From an uncultured Planctomycetota bacterium (lineage in GTDB: Bacteria; Planctomycetota; PLA2; JAEUHO01), in NCBI GenBank assembly GCA_963752285.1, contig CAVVXN010000005.1, positions 1,024,001-1,088,000 of the forward strand: 64,000 nt of DNA, given 5' to 3'. The position numbers and the translations under genes were made by a program. Below the pieces are notes generated by a model, which ran no database searches, was not told the origin of the DNA, and saw only the letters and a list, made by a program, of their open reading frames with translations. Positions 58,271-64,000 of this stretch are shown in pieces (the first letter of the stretch is position 1; each line of letters begins with the position of its first letter).

Positions 58271-59030
58271 TGTCAAGGGACACCCAGTCTTCCGAACTAG
58301 GGAGACGTCCAGTCTTACGAGGTCCTCCTTCTGGGTTTGGGTCTCCGTCTCTTGATCTGGGGTGGGTTGAGGGAGGGGCTTGGCCCCTCCCTCATCCGCT
58401 CCGGTTCTTTTCTGCCTCTTCGCCCCCCCGAGGGGGGGCGCGAGGCGGCACTCGGTTTGCGGCGTCCCTCACTGCAGCTGCCGCTCGAGATCGCGCAGCC
58501 GGTACGAGCTGCCCCGCACGCTGAACACGTGGGCGCGGTGCAGCAACCGATCCAGCATGGCCGTCGCCATCACCTCGTCGCCGGCCAGGATCTCGGGCCA
58601 GTCCTTCACCGCCTTGTTCGTGGTCAGGATCATGCTCCCACGGCCGTAGCGGTAGCCGATCAGGCGGAAGAACAGGCTCGCCTCCTGACGCGTCATCGGC
58701 TGGAAGCCGATCTCGTCGATGATCAGCAGGGCCACGGAGTTGTACTTCTTCCCCCGCAGCCGCGTCGGCGGAACGTCCGCGTCGCGCCGGAGCATGTGGA
58801 GCAGGTCGTCGAGCCGGTGAAAGGCCACCGAGAACCCGCACTCGACGGCCTTCACGCCCAGGGCCACCGCCAGGTGCGTCTTGCCGATCCCGGGCGGGCC
58901 CTGGATCAGGACGCTCTCGTGCTCGCGGATGTAGCCGCACGTCGCCAGCGTCTCCAGGCGCCGCTGGTCGAAGCCCGGCTGGAAGCCCCAGTCGAAGCTC
59001 GACAGCGTCTGGCCCGGCGGGAGCCCCGAC
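58271..59030 (-). mobile_element. istB: IS21-family remnant: right end plus 5'-truncated istB (58469-59030)
   Basis: FDWGFQP, GPPGIGKTHLA, LLIIDEIGF, ILTTNK, LDRLLH, GSSYRL; terminus TGTCAA at 58271 with repeated CCAGTCTT sites. Confidence 0.88.
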
Positions 59031-59084
59031 TGGGGTGGCCCCGGTTTGGTGGAGGGTCGGGCGCTGGGGTAGGAGATATCCCCG

Positions 59085-59399
59085 ATGCCCAAGACCCGTC
59101 CCCCCTACCCCCCTGAGTTTCGCCGCCGGCTCCTGGACCTCGTCCGGGCCGGTCGCACTCCCGAGAGCCTCTCGAAGGAGTTCAAGGTCTCCGCGCAGTC
59201 GATCCGGACCTGGGCCCGCCAAGCGGACCTGGACGCCGGCCGCCGAACGGACGGCCTCACGACCGAGGAGCGCCAGGAGCTGAACCGTCTCCGCCGACAG
59301 GTCCGCGTGCTCGAGGAGGAGCGCGAGATTCTGAAAAAAGCGGCGGCCTGGTTCGCCAAGGAGACCACGTCCGGCCCCAGGAAGGGTTCCGGTTCGTGA
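59085..59399 (+). CDS. IS3 OrfA (HTH)
   Basis: YPPEFR, SIRTW, LEEEREILKKAAAWF. Confidence 0.92.
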   Translation: MPKTRPPYPPEFRRRLLDLVRAGRTPESLSKEFKVSAQSIRTWARQADLDAGRRTDGLTTEERQELNRLRRQVRVLEEEREILKKAAAWFAKETTSGPRKGSGS

Positions 59400-60259
59400 G
59401 GGCGCACCAGGCCAACCACGCGGTCGAGACCCAATGCCGGGTGCTCGGTGTCTCCGTGAGCGGGTACTACGCCTCCCGGACGAGGCCGCCGTCGGCCCGT
59501 TCGATCGAGGACGCACGGCTCCTCGGGAAGATCCGGGCATTCCATGCCGCCTCCCGCGGCACGTACGGAGCTCGGCGCATCCACGCCGACCTGGAGGCCG
59601 AAGGCGTCTTCGTGGGCCGCAAGCGAGTGGCGCGCCTGATGCGCCTGGCGGGCTTGGAAGGCGTCAGCCCGCGGAAGTGGACGACCACGACGTCCCGCAG
59701 CGACGAGCACGCCGCGGCGCCGGACCTCGTGAACCGGGACTTTTCGGCGAACGCGCCGAACAAGCTCTGGGTCGCCGACATCACGTACGTGCCGACTTGG
59801 GAGGGATTCCTCTACCTGGCGGTCGTGCTCGACGTCTGGAGCCGAAAGATCGTCGGCTGGGCGATGAGCACGAGCCTGGCGACCGAGCTCGTGCTCACGG
59901 CGCTGGAGATGGCCGTGCGCCAGAGACAACCCTCGGGCGTCGTGCATCACTCCGACAAGGGCTGCCAGCACACATCGATCGCGTTCGGGCACCGCTGCAT
60001 CGAGGCGGGCGTGAAGCCGTCCACGGGATCGGTGGGCGACGCATACGACAACGCGATGGCCGAGAGTTTCTTCTCGACGCTCGAGTGCGAGGTGATCGCT
60101 CGGCAGTCGCTCAAGACCAAGGACCACGCCCGGAGCGAGGTGTTCTCGTTCATCGAGGGCTGGTACAACCCCCGCCGACGGCACTCCGCCATCGGCTACA
60201 AGTCACCCAACCAGTTCGAGGAGGCCGCCGTCCAGGCGGCCATGGCCCCCAGCGCCTGA
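59396..60259 (+). CDS. IS3 OrfB (DDE transposase/integrase core)
   Basis: WVADITY, HHSDKG, DNAMAESFF, WYNPRRRHS. Confidence 0.93.
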   Translation: MRAHQANHAVETQCRVLGVSVSGYYASRTRPPSARSIEDARLLGKIRAFHAASRGTYGARRIHADLEAEGVFVGRKRVARLMRLAGLEGVSPRKWTTTTSRSDEHAAAPDLVNRDFSANAPNKLWVADITYVPTWEGFLYLAVVLDVWSRKIVGWAMSTSLATELVLTALEMAVRQRQPSGVVHHSDKGCQHTSIAFGHRCIEAGVKPSTGSVGDAYDNAMAESFFSTLECEVIARQSLKTKDHARSEVFSFIEGWYNPRRRHSAIGYKSPNQFEEAAVQAAMAPSA

Positions 60260-60375
60260 CCCTCCACCAAACCGGGGCCACCCCAGATCAGCAGCGTGCC
60301 TGGGGCGCCGGGCCCGTGGGCATCCACCTCCCGTAGGCCCGGTCGGTATCCTCCTTCCGTGGTGGAGGGTATGGG

Positions 60376-63300
60376 ATGGGTACGAGCAGGGAGTTCCGGG
60401 AGTTGCTGGCCGCCGACGCGGCGCTCATGTTGGGCGTAGCCGAAGCGCACGACGTGGCCGCGGCCCTGCAGCGGTACTGGGCCAAACGCGAGGGGACGGA
60501 CGCATCGCTCCTCGCTGAGCTGGCACACATCGCGCGACTGGCGCCCGATGCCTTGGAGCGTGTACGGGCCGAGGTCGAGCGCCTGCTCGGCGAAGCAGGC
60601 GGCGACGCGAAGGCCGCGCTCACCCGCCACGGAGGCCTGGACCGCTCGATCCATGTCGCGCTCGGGAATGATGGCGGAAACCTGACGCGGGCGCTCTCCG
60701 TCCTCGGGGTCCCGATCCGCGCCCCGCTGCGCTCCCTGTCTGATGACCGCTACGTCGGCTTCGAGGCCGCCGGCATCGGGGGGATGGGGGTCGTCTACGC
60801 GGCCATCGACACCGAGATGAACCGGCGCGTGGCCTTCAAGATGGTTCGGCCCCACGCCGAGCGGGGGCGGGAGGAGGAGACCCCCTCCCACCCGCTGGAG
60901 GCGACCAAGCCCGAGAAGGACGCCCGAGTCGGAGGTGTTCGAGCAGCTCAAGGCCCGGCTGGTGCAGGAGGCGTGGGTCACGGGGGGTCTCGAGCACCCG
61001 GGCATCGTGCCGGTCTACGAAATTGGCCAGACCCCGACCGGTATCCCCTACTACACGATGCGCTACGTCCGCGGGGAGCGGACGCTTGCGGACGCTATCC
61101 GCGAGAAGCGTGGTGAGACCTTCGAGCAACGCCTTGATCTGCTGGAGGCCTTCCTCAAGGTCTGCGACACGCTGCGCTACGCCCACGACAAGGGGGTGGT
61201 TCACCGCGACTTGAAGCCCGCCAACGTGGCGCTGGGGAACTACGGCGAAGTGGTGCTGCTCGACTGGGGCCTCGCGCGGCTGGGGGGAAATGAGGACGTG
61301 GCCTCCTCGGCGTGGCAGCAGCAGGTCGAGGTGATGCGTCACGATGCAGGCTTCCACACCATGGAGGGAGGCGTAATCGGCACGGCGGGCTACATGGCGC
61401 CCGAGGCTGCCCTGGGCAGGCTGGCGGAGGTGGACGAGCGCAGCGACGTGTTCAGCCTTGGGGTCATGCTCTTCGAAATCCTGACTGGCCGGCTCCCCTT
61501 TCACTTCCACTCGTACGCAGAGTACGCGTCTCAGTTGCAGCAGGAGACGCCGCCCGCAGCCACTGAGGTAGAGTCCTCCGTTCCTCGCGCCCTATCAGAG
61601 CTGTGTGCCCGGGCCCTCTCTCGTGCCAAGAGCCGGCGACCAAATTCCGCCGACGCCGTGGCGCGGGCAGTGCGGGCTGGGCAAACGGAACGAGCCATGG
61701 ATCAGGAAGCCCGGGCCCTCGTTGAGCGTCTCTCGACCGCGCTGGGCTCGGCACATCGACTGTCGGGAGACCACCTGGTCGAGCCGTTGGACATTGCAGG
61801 TGCAGCACTTCAGCGTTTGAAGGAGATCGGAAGGGTAGATTCTGCGGTCGACGACCTCGAAACTCGGCTCCTGGAGGAGCGTGCGCGGCGGGCGCGCGAG
61901 ATCGAGCACCACGCACGCCGCCGAACGGCACGGCGACTGGTGAGCTGGGCCACATTCCTTCTCGCATTGGGCGCGGTGATCGCGGCCGTCCTGGTCGGGC
62001 GAGAGCGGAATGCAGCGACTGAGGCCGCTGCCGAGGCGCAGCGCCAACAAGGGATTGCAGAGTGCGCCTCCATGCGCGCACAAGCGCAACTGCTTGCCAA
62101 GGAAGCAGGCGCTGCACTGGTCGATAGTCCGCAACGCGGCACGCTGCTGGCGGCGGAGGCAGCGCGTGCGACGAGGGAACGGTACGGATTCGTGACCCCG
62201 GCAGCCTACGAGCAACTCCACATGGCGCTGGCCTCATACGGCGGTCTGAACCTCCTCCCCGGACAAGGTGATGTCACGGCGATCGCGCTCGCTTCGGATG
62301 GAGATACGGCGGCGCTGGGACTGTACTCCGGGCGCGTGGTGATCCTGCGGATGAAGGATGTACTCGCCGGCTTCGAGCCAACGTTCGTCGGGGCCCTCCC
62401 GTTCCCAGTACGCGCACTGCGCTTCGGCCCGCCCCGATCTCCTCTGGGCCGAGGATGCCAAGGGCACGGGCGTGCTGTGGCGCAGACCCAAGATGCGGCA
62501 TGGAGCGCCTGTTGGCACCCCAACAAGCCCGTGCGCGGCCTCGGCCTGTATGCGGATGGCGGTGGAGCGCTGCTTGCAGAGCAGGAGGGTGAACTCGTAG
62601 TCGTCCGTGCCCTACGTCGCGGTGAACCACATGTGTGCGACTCCTAGGCCGTACGTCCTCACTCCAACTCGCGGCGCTGATTTCCGCGGACCCCAACTGG
62701 GTCGTCGGACGCGGCAAGGACGGCAGCCTGACATTCTGGCGTGTGGACGATAGCGCCGCCGATACCGCTGCGCCGACTCTCGAGCTCGCGGCTTCTGGGC
62801 GACTGCTGGAGCCCGTCGCAGACGGAACGATGCTAGTCGCCGAGACGAGCCCGACAACACTCCAGGTGTTCGAACTATCAGGATCCTCGCCCAGAGCAGT
62901 CGACACGGTGGATATCAGCGCGGCGGGCAAACACGCCGTGACCGGTACAGTCGATGGCTTCTGGCTGATGACCCACACTGGGAAGGAGATTCGACGCAAG
63001 CTGTATCGGCTTGCCCGAGGGGGCTGGATCCCTCTCGATGTATCCGCTGTCGATGTGGGTTCCGGCAACGCGATCATGGAGCCCGCCTCCGGTGCGTATG
63101 TGGTGATTGGTGAGCGTGGAGCGCTCCTGTGCGGCCATGTGGATGCAAACCGGCGGCAACCTACGGTGCTTGCGCCGCGGCCCCTCCTCCCGCGGTCCAT
63201 TCGCTTCGCCAGGGAGCACCACCTGTTCCTGGCTGCACTCACAGATGGACCACTTGGGGCGTGGGATCTCGAGGCGCCACCGACGGCAGCCGAGCCCTTG

Positions 63301-64000
63301 CCTGGCGCCAGGGAGGTCTTCCTATGGCGAGGTCACGAGGACTACATCATGGACCTGGCGTTCGATGAGGGGACCGGCTGGGTACTGACGCTCAGCCGAG
63401 ACGGTTCTGCTCGCGCCTCGCGCCTGCCCGCGCCGAGACGGCAGGTCGGACTTGAGGCGTGGTCAACCGCGGACGGCGAGGGGAACTATGTGTACTGCAG
63501 CCCCAGCGGTCAGTGGCTCATCAACGGGGGCTATCGTTCGTACACGCTGTGGCGTGTGAGTCGCGAACGCCCTCGGCTCACTCACGTGCTTCATAGAGAG
63601 AGAAGGGCACGAGCTGACATCCCCCAGTTCAGTCCTGACGAGCGATGGCTGCTGGAGTGCCCTTGGAGCGGGCCTGCCGCCCTCCTCAGACTCGGCGACA
63701 CATCGGCGGAAGGTACTACGGAAACGGAGATTGAGGGCGATGTCTCCCTCCTCCAGCGACTCGGGAGTGCAGACGAGGTGGCATTCGCCGGCTTCAGTCC
63801 GGATGGGCACTGGCTGGCAATCCCCAACAACGGCGGCGTCGATCTATGGAGTCTCGCGGCGGGCGGGAATCCCACGCGGCGAACCCGCGTGCCGGGCAGC
63901 GGTCAATCTGTCTTGGGCATCTTCTGGCCTGCAGCAAGCGAGTTCGTGGTGATTGGAGAGCACGAACTCGTCACAGTCGAGATCAGCCCGCAGGAGACTG
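60376..64000 (+). pseudogene. Eukaryotic-like Ser/Thr kinase - TM - WD40 repeat protein with several frameshifts; runs off the window
   Basis: GIGGMGVVY, VAFK | HRDLKPAN, DWGLA, GTAGYMAPE; TM helix; WD-like LRGHEDYIMDLAF, FSPDERWL, FSPDGHWL. Frame breaks near 60925, 62430, 62650 and 63310. Confidence 0.8.

Larger units (their letters stand above)
59031..60285 (+). mobile_element. Complete IS3-family insertion sequence (1255 bp)
   Basis: Perfect 28-bp terminal inverted repeats TGGGGTGGCCCCGGTTTGGTGGAGGGTC; orfA/orfB; A6G slippery site at 59334-59340. Confidence 0.95.

Overview
Very GC-rich bacterial DNA (roughly 70-75% GC by eye). The gene content (sulfatase-like proteins, di-heme DHOR proteins, a Ser/Thr kinase-WD40 protein, many lipoproteins) is compatible with Planctomycetota, but this is inference. 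Positions 1-54,000 are mostly chromosomal: a large NAD-glutamate dehydrogenase; two inverted sulfatase-like paralogs flanking a tandem di-heme oxidoreductase pair, uppS and a CMD protein; a fatty acid desaturase; a Zn/Mn ABC uptake operon with an outer-membrane protein and an upstream CxxC...RGPP leader peptide; Bcp; an in-frame-UGA (selenocysteine) peroxiredoxin-like lipoprotein with a SECIS-like hairpin; an orphan pseudopilin next to an HD-GYP gene; a PAS hybrid kinase; PiT/DUF47; a cNMP-thioredoxin-reductase-like fusion; MarR-ClC; and an S1/coiled-coil/RelE-like protein. From about 54,000 the window is a decayed accessory region: a phage packaging remnant (HNH, Phd-like gene with operator, truncated small terminase), a lower-GC lipoprotein, nested mobile elements (RIT-like integrase < IS66 < IS21 < IS3) and a frameshifted kinase-WD40 gene. 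Several frameshifts fall in homopolymers and may be sequencing errors. No rRNA, tRNA or CRISPR array was seen. All family calls come from motif recognition by eye; no database searches were run.
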